A stretch of DNA of 63,803 nucleotides, filler included, from Octopus bimaculoides (GCF_001194135.2; 4 parts of 4 records of this genome joined end to end with filler, not necessarily neighbours in it); one strand, 5' to 3'. Counted from the first letter of the whole stretch, positions 49,775-62,350 are shown. The notes: generated from the letters alone by a model not told the origin. Numbers and translations: made by a program.

Positions 49775-51050
49775 TCATCATCATTGTTGTTTAATGTCCA
49801 CTTTCCATGCTGACATGAGATGGACGGTTTGACTGAGGACTGGCAAGCTGAGAGGCTGCACCAGGCTCCAATCTGATTTGGCAAGGTTTCTACAGCTGGA
49901 TGCTCTTCCTAACACCAACCACTCCAAGAGTGTAGTAGGTGCTTTTTATGTGCTACTGGTATGAGAGCCAGTCAGGCGTCACTGGCATTGACCACGCTCA
50001 AATGGTATTTTTTATAAGCCACCTGCATGTGTGCCAATAAGGTGGCAGTAGTCACGTTCAAATGGTGCTTTTTACATGCCACCAGCACAGGTGCCAGTCA
50101 GGCGGTACTGGCATCAGTCACACTCAAATGGTGTTTTTGACGTGCCACTGGCATGGGTACCAGTCAAGTGGCACTGGCGTCAGCCACAACTACAATTTCA
50201 CTTGGTTCAATAGGTCTTCACAAGTTCAGCATATCTCCAGATGATTGAAGGGTACTTTTAAATGGGCCAGTTATGTGACACTGGCATCAGCCACGACTAT
50301 GATCTCACTTGACTTGCCGGGTCTTCTTAAGCACAGCGTATCTCCAAAGGTCTGTCACTTGTCATTGCCTCTGTGAGGCCCAGCATTTGAAGGTCATGCT
50401 TCACCACCTAATCCTATGTATTCCTGGGTCTACCTCTTCCACAGGTTCCCTCCACTGTTAGGGTGTGACACTTATTCACACAACCCTCATCCATATGCAT
50501 CACATGACCATACTAGTGCAGTCGCCTTTATGCACACCACAGCTGATGCTTCTTATGTTCAACTTTTCTCTCAGGGTGCTTACACTCTGTCTTGTATGCA
50601 CACTGACATTACACATACAGTGGAGCATACTAGCTTCATTTCTTTCAAGCCTACATATGTCCTCAACAGTCATGGCCCATGTTTCACTGTTGTGTAGCAT
50701 AGCAGTACACACACATGCATCATAGTCTACCTTTCACTCTGAGCGAGAGACTCTTTGTTACCAGCAGAAGTAGGAGCTCTCTGAACTTTGCCCAGGTTAT
50801 TGTTATTCTAGCAGCTACGCTCTCAGAGCATCCAGCCCCGCTACTGACTTGGTCACCCAGGTAGCAGAAGCTATCAACTACTTCTAGTTTTTCCCCCTGG
50901 CATGTGATGGAATCTATTTTCTGTGCATCTTCAGTGTTTATTGCACCTGTGCATCTGCTACACACAAAAACTATCTTCCCAGTTAACCTTCCTTTGATAT
51001 TGCTGTCCACAACATCTTCATAACATGTGTCCATAACATTTTCATTCATT
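49775..51050 (-). mobile_element. RTE LINE 3' portion (intronic)
   Basis: LEVVDSFCYLGD...RITITWAKFRELL...MLHNSETWA...RLHWYGH-like motifs; 3' UTR and (ATG)n tail. Confidence 0.85.
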
Positions 51051-51164
51051 TATTTAAACTTACTCTGCTAACTCATCAAATTCAATTACATACAATAGAT
51101 GGGTTTTAAGATTTAAATTAGCTATGAGGGGCCCACTGAATCTGAAGTGCCCTGGGACCCTGAT

Positions 51165-51395
51165 TCTTATTTCTTTACGGCTCACAAGGGGCTACACAGA
51201 GAGGGGACAAACAAAGACAGACAAATGGATTAAATCGATTATATCGACCCCAGTGCATAACTGGTACTTATTTAATTGACCCCGAGAGGATGAAAGGCAA
51301 AGTCGACCTCAGCGGAATTTGAACTCAGAACGTAGCAGCAGAGGAAATACTGCTAAGCATTTTGCCCAGAGTACTAACGTTTCTGCCAGCTTGCT
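51165..51395 (-). mobile_element. Family-A SINE with many CpG to TpG/CpA changes
   Basis: ATTGAC for ATCGAC, CTCAGCG for CTCGGCG, ACTGCT for ACCGCT relative to copies left of 47 kb. Confidence 0.8.
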
Positions 51396-51499
51396 TGGGA
51401 CCCCAATTTTGGAGGCAGAGTGTTTCAAAAATCCAATAATAGCTGCAGAAATATAGGATATGATGATAGGCTGCATAGGAAACAGATTATCTGGTTTGG

Positions 51500-53105
51500 A
51501 TGGTCTAACCTACAAGCTTTACTTTCATATGCCAGACTTGTTTGGTGGCCTCTTAGCAAATATTTACTACAAATGGTAGCATAATAGAAGAATCCCAGTT
51601 CTGTAAGTTGAGGAGCTGTGACACTACTAAGAAAGGACCTAAACATGGGTTATCAAATAGAAAATTTTAGGCCTACAATGCTACTGAATGCAGATTTCAG
51701 AATTTTGGCCAAGGTATTAGTGAAGAGGTTGTCACTTGTCATCAAGGAACTAATTGGAGATGCATGAACATGCACCATCCTGAGCAGATCTATCTACAAC
51801 AACCTTCACCTCATGCAATACCTCATAGACAATGTAGATAAAAAAAGCTGTCATGGGTGAGGCCCTGATGAATTTGAATGGCAGCTAGTTTTAAACCTGT
51901 TTCAAATAGCTGGATTACTACTATGTATAGTGACATCTTTTCAGTAGTTCAGGTGAATGGTTACTTATCTGAACTAGTCCATCAAAGATGTCCCCTCTCA
52001 TCTCTTTTGTATGTGCTGGCTCTAGAGCCACTATTGCAGAAACTGGAGGTATCCCACATGAACTAGGACATGGGAGAACCATGTTGGCATATGCAGACAT
52101 CATTGTCATAGTGTCGAACACCAGGCACATAGAACTGATTGGCACTACTCTAAAAGAGCAGTGCAGTGGTGACAGGAGCAAAATTAATCAAGGAAAGTCA
52201 GAGGGCTTGCTGCTGGAGAAGCAGGTCCATGTTGGGCTTGCACCTGGAGAGGCAAGTCCATGTTGTCCAATAATGTCATGCTGATCAGAGGGGTCAGTTA
52301 AACTACTTGGGACCTAGTTTGGTCTGGATCTCTAGGTGGAGAACAAGGGTGAGGTGACGAGTAAGGTGGCCAATTTCATCCAGATACAGACTGAGAGAAA
52401 ACTGTCCATGAAAGGCCAGAGCAGAAGTCATGACTGCATACATCGCCTCTCTCATATAATACTGCCTGACCATTGTACCTTGCTCCAGTATGTTCAAAAT
52501 GGAGTGCATACTCTTCTGCTTTCTATGGAGGGGACACGTTCCATTGGTCAGGCACTCCATTTGTTGTCAATACCTGCTGAATGGAGAACAGTGGATGCCG
52601 TGGCTGCTGATGAACAGACAATGTTTATCAGTCTGGTGATTTTAGCAAAAGGGGTTATGTAATGGACCAGATTAAAAGAACTGAAGACAAATACTTTCCC
52701 CTTTGGCCAAGCCCTTATCAACTTTTACAAGTTTCACTTGAAAAGGAAGGTGAGTGTAGAGAGTGAAGTCCTGCTTCCCAGCAATTTTATGAAAAGGTGA
52801 GTGAATGTTACAAGAATGGTCCAAGTGAATGGGCATACTCTAAGCATTCACCAGTAGATTGAAGGAAGACAATATTTGGAGGGAACTTGCCTTAGTGGTC
52901 AAGGCAGCTGTAGTTTTGTGGTGTTTCCAGGAGCAGCCCTAAGAAGCCTCCTACTTTTGTAGAATTTTTCATTTTTAGAATCTGTATTATCATTTTTATT
53001 GTTTACACGCTTCTGTTTATATAACCCCAAATTGTATTGTCCTGTACCATCCCCAGTGTCTTTTTGTGAACCATTAGTGGTAAATATAGAAATTATTATT
53101 ATTAT
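51500..53105 (+). mobile_element. Decayed Tx1/L1-clade LINE
   Basis: ENFRPTMLLNADFRILAKVL, VHQRCPLSSLLYVLALEPLLQKL, AYADII, KLSMKG; same family as 23790-25660; (ATT)n tail. Confidence 0.8.
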
Positions 53106-53109
53106 TATT

Positions 53110-53295
53110 AAGGTGGCAAGCTGGCAGAATCATTAGCATGCCAGTCAAAATGCTTAGTGACATTTTGTTCATCTTTACATTCTAAGTTCAAATTCTGCCA
53201 AGGTCAACTTTGCCATTCATTCTTTTGGGGTTGATAAATCAACTATCCCCATCCCACAAATTTCAGGACTTGTGCCTATAGTAGGAAGGATTATT
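53110..53295 (+). mobile_element. Family-A SINE with all CpGs lost
   Basis: Alignable to the family head and core; I find no CG dinucleotide in this copy. Confidence 0.8.
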
Positions 53296-53599
53296 ATTAT
53301 TATCATTGCCAGTAACAAGCTAAATTCTCACTTTATGCAATTTTTCTTATTTCTTCCCCTTCTAAACCATGATTAACACATTCCTCTCTTTCTCTCCACA
53401 GAACTTGAGGCTCACTTATTCATTATGTGCCAACCCTTACTTGCCCTCACCTACTACCATCACCTATACCAAAAGTTTATCTTTTCCTCACTTCCCTCTA
53501 CTGACCATTAACATGTCCTCATCTCCTACTCTCTCAGATAATAAAAATATGATATAGCATATATACATAAGTTACTACTTAATAACATTAGGAATCTTT

Positions 53600-54290
53600 A
53601 CACATTTAAAGCATTCACTGATAATAGTTTGAATGGCACATATAACATATGACCAACTGTTGGAGAATGAATGATGGCAAGTTTCATGAAAGGGAAAAGC
53701 TTCAAGGAGTTACTACTGCTGCTGGCAACAAAGGTTGTTTTACCTTCAGAGTGAAGGGTGGATTGTATGATACTTGTGTTAGAACTGCAATGATGCATGG
53801 TAGTGGGGCATAAGCCTTGCTTGCAAAGGACAGAAGACTGGAATGAAATGACCCAAGCATAGGATGTGCAATGTAAGTATGCATGAATGACAGTATAAAT
53901 GCACTGATGATAAAAAAAACTGAGAAAAAGCGGAATGAGATGTAGAATGCATGAAAGAAGGCTGCATTGGTATGGACATGTGAAGAATATAGATGAGGAC
54001 AGTTGTATAAACAAGTGCCAATTACTTAATGCAGTGGGAACTTGGAGACAAGTGAGACCCAGGAAGACAGGAGTGGTGAAGGATGGCCTTAGAACCCTGA
54101 ACCTTAAGGAAGAGAGGACACAGGATTGAGATGTCTGCTGATATGAGGTTCTTGAGAAGACCCACCCATTTCTGTAAAACTGACCTGGAAACACAAAGAG
54201 GCACCTTGCCAAGTCTCCTCCTCCTTTCTCTCTCCACCACATCATCTCTCTCACAACAGTTGCCCCTTGATACCATTCTATTTTTTTATG
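53600..54290 (+). mobile_element. RTE LINE 3' fragment
   Basis: ERRLHWYGHV...RPRKTGVVKDGL. Confidence 0.75.
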
Positions 54291-55179
54291 CTTCCTAAAA
54301 CCATTTCATTTATCAGCCATTACCCACACATTTCATTGATCATCTCCCCACTGAAACAACAAATCTCACCACATGCACTACACCTGTCTATCTCCCCTAA
54401 ATCCCGCAGTCTACCCAAACACAACATGTCTCATATCCTCCCTGTCAACTGTATCATCATTACTTCTACTACTATTATCTTGCTATTGCCCACCCCCACT
54501 CTTGTCTACGTCCCTCTATCTTCCTCAGTTCATGCATCAAGTGTCATCCTTCTTCACCTTTAGCCCTCACACCCTACATCCCTTTGACTCTACTTTATCT
54601 TTACAGTTGTTATATATCTTCCATTTCTCCATTCTTTGTCCCACCTTACTCTTTGCAACTCACCTCTCACTTACACTTCAAGTTTCTGTCCCACTCACTT
54701 CTACACACCTCATACCTTGAAAAGTTACCTGGACACCTCATCACTACTATTTACATTTATCTTTGTAGTTCCTACTGAGCATTCTCACCCTTTCTTCTAA
54801 ATGTGACTAGCCATGCAGCTCCTTTACAACAAGAAGCTATTCACCTCCCACTTATACATTAACCCCCTCATTTTCAAGTATAAAGCTGCTTATCCCATCT
54901 TGGGTTTCATAGTCTTGCAACTAGCAAGGTGACCTCACTAGTGCTGGTGGCATGAAAAAGTACCCACTATACACTGAAAAGTGGTTGGTATTAGGAAAGA
55001 CATTCAACTGTAGAAACCATACCAAAGCAAACATTGGAGCACCATGCAATCCTTAGACCAGTTGGATACTGTCAAACTATCCAACCAATGCCAGCATTGA
55101 ACATGAACATTAAATGATGACGATGATATATTTGTAATTCTAGATTGGTAAGTCGAAAATGAAAAAAAAACTCATACAC

Positions 55180-55218
55180 TGGGATATAGAGACAGAAGGG
55201 AAACTACTAGTTTCAAAT
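55180..55218 (-). CDS. Possible 39-nt symmetric (phase 2-2) cassette exon
   Basis: cacatttttag|A TTT GAA ACT AGT AGT TTC CCT TCT GTC TCT ATA TCC CA|gtgtat; the donor is weak, and the nearby gtatga donor would shift the frame. Confidence 0.25.
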
Positions 55219-55699
55219 CTAAAAATGTGGAAAATATTTTGGTCTTCTGTCAGATTGAGAAACCTGTCCATATTATAGAAAAAGGTCTTCAAAAACAACT
55301 GTTACAGCTGTCCACCATATTCCTAGTTTAGGACCAAGGAGTTATCTCCTTTGTCACTTATTGTTCAGATATGTAGCTTGAGCATGCACATACCCAGAGA
55401 TACTCTTACACACCTACATACAGAGACTTTCATTGTACTACGAGAAATAATAGTGCAAGAAAAAGAGAAAGAGAAAGAGTAAAGAATTGCAGGAAAGAGG
55501 AAAAGAGAAGAGAGAAATAGAAAATTTGGACAAATACTAAACATTTTAGGAGGAAAAACTCAACTAGGAAAAATATTTAAAATTACATTTTAAAAATATA
55601 TAAAATATAAAAAAGTAACACCTAGGTTGGGCCAGAGGTTAGCTGGGCAAAAATTTTATTTAGAAAATATTAAACCTTATTCCTGAATGAAAGTGGGCC

Positions 55700-56330
55700 T
55701 ATAGTGATGTTTCTAGTGCCTAAGTGTGAATTTTCTCTTATGTATTCAAGAGCTGAAGGTCTTCAATTTGGCATAAAGCTATAAACCTGGTTTTCAATAT
55801 TTCCTTAGAAATATGTTCTCTTCTATTCAGAGCTTCCATCTCTTATCAAGCATTTATGTGTGAGCTGGATTTTCAACAATCTTCCATAGTGCAATTATCA
55901 TTTAACTGCTAGATGTAGCAGTGTATGCTTTATAATGATTCCAATTTTTGGTGCTTCTGATTAGAGCAATGTAGTTGTGAAATCTCTGCTTGAAGAATCT
56001 TTCAATTAATTGGCATATTGTTTTAGATTAGGGTTGTGGTTCAAAGTCATGGGTCTAACCACTGCTTCATAAATAATGATCCAGTCAGCAAGTACACTAT
56101 GGAGATTTTGCATGTGCTGAAGGGTTTCTGTATGAACATTCAGCCTCAACAATCGGACTGAATTTAACAGAATTGTTAAGCTCACGTTTAAAGTGCAGCT
56201 ATATTTGATTGTAACTGTATGTCTACTGAACATTTTTCTGTATTTGTGTTCTAGGAATAAACGTTTAACTATTAAATTTAGGAAGATCATGCTCATATCA
56301 AACTATTATTAATGAGTATATAGTTGGCTA
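55700..56330 (-). mobile_element. Penelope-like element, GIY-YIG endonuclease region, decayed
   Basis: KYRKMFSRHTVTIKYSCTLNV and FKQRFHNY...KHHY resemble PLE IF.R..VK.SYSC..N and FK.RY.NH motifs. Confidence 0.6.
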
Positions 56331-56948
56331 AATTGAACAGAAATGAATTGTTGAATTTTGTTTAAATTAAAATTCTTACTTGTTTTAGACTGCAGTCATG
56401 CCAGAGCACTGTCTTGAAAGGTTTGTCAAACAAATTGACACCAGTAGTTATTTTTTAAAGCCTGGTATATTAAACTCTTTCTGAACTGCTAATTTATGGA
56501 GATGTAAACAAACCAACACAAGTTGTCAAGTAGTTGGGAACAAACATATATACACACACATATATATCACAGGCATCTCTTGGTTTCTCTCAAACAAATC
56601 CATGTAGTTAGGAAGCAAACTTCTTACCCCATAGCCATGCCTGCACCTTAAAAATATATTTTCTATATATGAATTTCTATAGTCTGACTATAATTAAAAT
56701 GAAATTGGGTGTCAATTACTGGTTTACATTTTAGTTTAAATTGAATTGATTCAAAGAGTAGTTAAACAACTCATTAATGAAATGAAATCAAATCAAATCA
56801 TCAGACTAAAGTGAAATTCTAAAAATATCAAAGAAATTATTGTGAATTATAAGAACCAAATAATGCTATCAATATCATCAATAGATGAACTTTTGTATGA
56901 ATAAATATTGATTTTATTCAACTCATTTTTGTCAAAATGAATATTTAC

Positions 56949-57010
56949 CTCTTATCTTCTTTTAGTTGGATCATTTGGGCAACAAGATCAAAATTAGTTG
57001 TTTGAAGCTC
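56949..57010 (-). CDS. Coiled-coil gene exon (62 nt, phase 0-2)
   Basis: tttattttcag|...|gtaaat; ELQTTNFDLVAQMIQLKEDK(S/R). Confidence 0.75.
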
Positions 57011-57196
57011 CTGAAAATAAATACCAATTTAAAATTATTAATGAGCAATAATACTATCTCAATATTCATAATTGTTAAACAATTTAAATTATATCAATTC
57101 AATTTATAATCAAAGAAATTATTTTTAACAATAATTACAATAAAAAATTCACATTTCAAAAATTTCAATTTATAAAAATTAAACTAATCCACAAAC

Positions 57197-57256
57197 TTTA
57201 TTAGTTTTCTTCAGTAGTGTCATATTTTCCCCAGCTTTATTCAGTTCAGTTTTCAA
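57197..57256 (-). CDS. Coiled-coil gene exon (60 nt, phase 0-0)
   Basis: ttttgttacag|...|gtttgt; LKTELNKAGENMTLLKKTNK. Confidence 0.75.
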
Positions 57257-58014
57257 CTGTAACAAAACAATAGGAAACTAGACAAAATTTCTTTTGAATT
57301 TGTATTTAAAAAAGTGAAGAAACATATAAAGTTTTCAAGTTATATGAAAGCTATGAGATTTCCAGGAATAGAATCCATGTGACCATTTATGCATAATATA
57401 AAAAGTAAATTGTTCACATTAGACTACATATTTATTTATAAGAATATTGTTCCAATTATCAATGAAAATATCAGAATTTGCAGGTTTATCTAGAGAATCA
57501 CAAATTGTATAAGAGATAATGAGAAATAAATATAATAATCAACATAATACAACATGTACACAAAAGATATTCTGAAAGACACAGAACAAAAATGTTAATT
57601 TTCAAATATAAAGAGGTAAACATACATCCCTTTTTGCTATACTATAAAACCTTTCTATAATTGTAAATTTTGAAAACTTCAGCTACAAAACTGGCTATCA
57701 AATAATTCCAGCACTAGTAATCCTGACCAAGTATGTATCAGTGTTATAATCGTATCTCCTGGTTCAGAGAACCTATCTTCAACATCAACAGGACACCGCT
57801 ATCAAATTGACCAATAATAATGCCATTATGGTGATGCAGCAGTCTGACCTCTACAAGGCTGAAGCACTTCAGCAATTCTTTGACATCTTGTTCTTCCTTA
57901 TATTTCCCAAAGACCATAAGAGGGCAACCAACAATTTGTGCTTATCAACATTTGCAACTAATCTCTTCTCTTTTACTTCCACAGCTACCAACTTCATTCT
58001 CTGCACACTATATA

Positions 58015-59107
58015 CAAGGGTGGGCTGCAAAGTTCATAGGCTGACTATGAGTGAGTGAAGCTAGAGCTGTGAAATCATCTTGCATGCATTAATTTCAATT
58101 TTTATTAATAACTGCATTGTTTCCTTCGAGGTAAACTGACATCTGACTGTTCAAAAAAAGACTTCAAAAGTAACTAGTTTTGACTTCTCTTGAAGATGGA
58201 CAAAATCTGGCAAGGTGGTGTTATCAAGCACCTGTAGAAAAAGTATTTAACCCACATGGACATTCATGCTGACATGGTTGCTACATTAGGGGATGATGCT
58301 CCAGCTTTATCAACAGTACAAAAATGAGCAGCTGAATTTGGTGGGGAAAGGCAAGTCTTGAAGATGACCCAAGGTCTGGACCAGAAAAAGTACACCAGAC
58401 CGATCACGTCACATAATTTGAGACAGATCCAGCTGGTTTCCATGAACGTTTCCTAACCCAAGATGAGTATTGGCTTCATCACTTTGAACCAGAGACAGAG
58501 AGACAACCCATGCAATGGAAACTCCCCTCCTTACCTGCTCCAAAGAAGGCCAAGGTCATTTCATCTGCAGGGAAGGTGATGGCCTCAGTTTTTTGTGATG
58601 CAAAAAGTATTGTGTTTATAGACTATCTTCAAAAGGGCCACACCATCAATGGAGAGTACTATGCTAACTTACCGAGGCAATTACAAAAGGTTAGCAAGAC
58701 CAAACACCCATGGAAACTAACAAAAGAGGTTTTGTTTTATGAAGGTAATGCTCCAGCACATAAGTTCTTGGTTTCAATGGCTACTGTGCATGACTGTGGC
58801 TTTGAACCAGTTGGTCACCATCCCTGTTCTCCTGATTTGACTCAATCTGACTATTACCTTTTCCCCAACATGGAAAAAAAACTTGGTTGGGAACCAGTAT
58901 CATAGTGATGATGATGTCATATCTACTGTTGATGATTTTCTTTTACCGAAAGGATGAAAGCTTCTTCACTAATGGAATTCAAGCACTGCAACACCAATGG
59001 AAGAAGTGTGTGAACTGCAACAGGGACTACATTGTAAAATAAACCTCATTTGGTCACATTCCACGAGAGTATCTTGGTCAGCCTATGAATTTTTCAGCCA
59101 ACCCTTG
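58015..59107 (+). mobile_element. Near-complete mariner element with TIRs and TA TSD, pseudogenised
   Basis: TA|CAAGGGTGGGCTGCAAAGTTCATAGGCTGAC...GTCAGCCTATGAATTTTTCAGCCAACCCTTG|TA; SAGKVMASVF, GNAPAH, HHPCSPDLTQSDYYLF. Confidence 0.9.
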
Positions 59108-59759
59108 TACCTCTATCATCTTTCTTCTCAAGGTTAATAAGGCTAGCACCCATTCATTTTCTTTAGAAAGTTCTCCATATCTAGATAACTTAACAAGCTC
59201 TTTCCACCTATGGTAGCAGCCCTCCTATCAGATATCCATGACCCCAACCACACCTCTTTTATTCAATTACTTTTCTTTCACTCCTAAACTCTCTCAACTA
59301 CTGTTCATCAAATATATTAAGTCCCCCTATGCTGTTGTTACATATGATGATGATAATCAATGCGTAGCTCTCAAATTCTTCGACTGCTGTATTCTGTTTG
59401 AATTCAGCACCCCCACTTCATTTAATTTTACCTCAGTTTCATCTGCTTTTCCTTTTCTGGAGAGTTCTACTAGTAGCTTGGTCATGGACAGCAGGAAAGA
59501 CCCCAATAATGACAACTTGTTTGTTTACCTTCAGGCCCAAAAGTAACTTTCTTTTTACTGGGTAGTTGTTACATCAATGGTTGTATCAACACTTTCATTA
59601 CTCATAACTCATCTTCATTCCCTTTAACTTCTTCCACTATGCCAGAGAATTCATATCAATCATCTTCATCACCTCTGTCAATTTCATCAGCATCATTGGT
59701 TTTATTGACCAGTAAACTTCTTCACTTCTATCATTTACAAACCTACCTACTACTCCTAC

Positions 59760-59990
59760 TTTTCTTATTTCTTTACTGCCCACAAGGGGCTACACACAGT
59801 GGACAAGCAAGGACAGATAAACAGATTAAATCGATTATATCGACCCCAGTGCATAACTGGCACTTATTTAATCGACCCTGAAAGGATGAAAGGCAAAGTT
59901 GACCTCAGCGGAATTTGAACTCAGAACGTAGCGGTAGACGAAATACCGCTAAGCATTTCACCTGGCGTGCTAACGTTTCTGCCAGCTTGC
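59760..59990 (-). mobile_element. Family-A SINE, partly CpG-decayed
   Basis: Retains several CpGs; apparently younger than the 53110 copy. Confidence 0.8.
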
Positions 59991-60852
59991 CTACTCCTAC
60001 TTTTCTGCTTGAATACAATTGTCCCATTTGTTTGCAATGATAGATTTGCTTTCCTCAAAACATTCCTCACACACTCTGTAAATGTCAAAACATGCACTTC
60101 ATACCACTCATTTTTTCTACTCCTGCACTCACATAAACTTCACCACCATCTTTATACACACACCAGCAGACAATGCTTTGTTCACACCACATACAATCAT
60201 GCCTTGTTTACATCAATGCATTTCTCACTATCACACATATGCATACACACACTTGGCTTCTAACTTTCTCAGACATGTCATTTGCTCCATGCCTATTTCC
60301 CTTAGCACACATTTGTTCTTCTCTGTTGGAAACAACTAAGTATACTCATTTCTTGTCTGCCATTCCAACATGTTTCAACACTGAATACTTTTTCCTAACA
60401 AGTTTTTCCCTCTTTTTTCTCCTCACTCCTTCATTCTAAAGAAGCACACAAGACTCTAATAGCACTGAAACTCATGAGAGGCAGTTAGAATCATAATGTT
60501 TTCAGTTATTTGTTTAGCATGTTGTCTCTAGGGATTCACTATCATCATTATCATCCTTGCTGGCATGGGTTGGACAGTTTGACAGGATCCAACAAGCCAC
60601 AGACCGCATCAGATTTCAATGTCAACTTTGACATTGTTTCTACAACTAGATGCCCTTCCTAATGCCAACTACTTTAAATGTGTATAGGGTGCTTTTTCAT
60701 AACGCCAGTACTAGTGCAGTTTCCAAGTAACTTGCAAAACAAAGTAAAGAAAGGGAAGGTAATTCCAAAATTATTTTGGAGCAAGAATTACTTTCTATGT
60801 TATAGGGTGAATTTTAACCAGACTAAGAGTAAAAAAAAATCATGATACTTAC

Positions 60853-60909
60853 TTTTATAATTTCAATTTCAAAATTATCTGACAGTTTTTCAATCTCAAT
60901 TTTCTTTTT
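60853..60909 (-). CDS. Coiled-coil gene exon (57 nt, phase 0-0)
   Basis: Donor AAA|gtaagt is strong; acceptor tttattttttctactgaaaag| is an AAG type and less certain; KKKIEIEKLSDNFEIEIIK. Confidence 0.6.
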
Positions 60910-61596
60910 CTTTTCAGTAGAAAAAATAAATATTCATAATATAATATTTATTTAAAAAGAAGCTATTCTAGCAAACTTCTAACATGTTAAGTGTTTACAA
61001 GTGCTTTCACAAGAGAAAATTCGTACAATTGATATAAAAGTTATTAATATGATTACAACATCTGTTTCAATTTTATTAGTTATAAATATCCTCAAACTCA
61101 TCATCATAACTACAGACCTATTTGCACAAAATACATTTTAGATAATATAGAAATTTAATTTTGGACTAGTAGCACACACTTAGCAATATTTTAAAGATAC
61201 TAACTCAAAATACATGACATTGTAATTTCAATATCAGTTACAAAAAAATAATTTGATACATTTCAGGATATTGACGGTAAGTAAGATAATAAATGCTAAT
61301 CAGGATGAAAATTAGGAAAATGACAATGACAAAAACTATTAGTTTTGTCCAATTTATTTTCAGAGACACTTACTAAGTAAATGTACACAATTATAAATGA
61401 ATAAACATGTAATCTAGATATTTAAAACAACAAATCACTGAGGTAATTGCTTATCTCAGTTTGAGTTAAAATCTAGCTGGAATTGATTCAATAAGTACCA
61501 GTTGTACAGTGAAGCAGTCTCTTATTTTGTACTTTCCTTTAAGAAAACTGGGCCTGTGTACAGGGAAAAATAAAGCTTAGTTTCTGAAAGCTTTAC

Positions 61597-61626
61597 TTCC
61601 AATAATATTTTAAATAATGAGGAATT
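61597..61626 (-). CDS. Candidate 30-nt microexon (NSSLFKILLE), phase 0-0
   Basis: ctacctgtattag|AATTCC...TTGGAA|gtaaag. Confidence 0.4.
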
Positions 61627-61957
61627 CTAATACAGGTAGATAGTAACATTTTGGAAACAGGTGTAGAAAATTTAATTGATTGGTTCTTAATTTTACGTAA
61701 TCCAAATGAACAAAGGGCATCATTAACATCAGTGGGATTTAAACTATTAGTGTATAAGGACATGCTAGAAATAGCAACTAAATCACCCTCAAACCACACC
61801 CTGCTGTTTTAAGAAAAGGAAATGCTTGTGGGATGTGTGTATGTTTGTGTACAATATTATGCCTGAAGAAAAGAATACCTTTGATTACAGGTCTGCACAA
61901 AACTTATCTTGATCTAAACAACAACAAAAGTAATTACAATTTAAAATGTACCTTTAC

Positions 61958-62038
61958 CTTTAAAAGTTTAGAATTATGCATTTTGAGTTCTTGAATTTTA
62001 CTTAACGAATTTTGGTAATCTGTTAGATTCTGCTCCAG
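61958..62038 (-). CDS. Coiled-coil gene exon (81 nt, phase 0-0), most upstream exon seen
   Basis: cataatttcaaag|...AAG|gtaaag (alternative in-frame donor 6 nt further on); LEQNLTDYQNSLSKIQELKMHNSKLLK. Confidence 0.7.
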
Positions 62039-62194
62039 CTTTGAAATTATGTAAAAGAAAACATTATATGAATTGTGTTAAAAAAACATAAAAAATTCTG
62101 ACATTAATTTAAATATTATTTTCATGCAAATGACAATGAGAAATTAACCTCCATCTATGTTATAATCTGCTGTTCAATGTTGTAATCTTCTTCA

Positions 62195-62350
62195 GTGGCT
62201 GTGTCGCAAGTAGCTTGCATACCAACCACATGGTTCCGGTTCAGTCCCACTGCATAGCACCTTGGACAAGTGCCTTCTATTATAGCCCAGGCCAACCAAA
62301 GCCTTGTGAGTGGTTTTGGGAGACTGAAACCGAAAGAAGCTTGTCGTGTA
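62195..62350 (+). mobile_element. Family-D SINE head
   Basis: GTGGCTGTGT...ACCAACCACATGGTTCCGGTTCAGTCCCACTGC. Confidence 0.75.

Noticed and set aside
61267-61276. Plus-strand tttcag|GATATTGACG|gtaagt microexon-like signal
   Set aside because: It is isolated, 10 nt long, antisense to the supported gene, and has no partner exons.
61593-61799. 68-aa minus-strand ORF as a coding exon
   Set aside because: Its 5' part (about 61750-61810) is a dispersed repeat also seen near 13040, 14925 and 28120; only the 30-nt segment in a different frame has splice support.
48809-62038. Assigning SYCP1 or KASH5/LRMP as gene symbol
   Set aside because: The similarity is limited to coiled-coil patterns recalled from memory and the diagnostic motifs (PPPx end, basic S/T-P tail) are absent.
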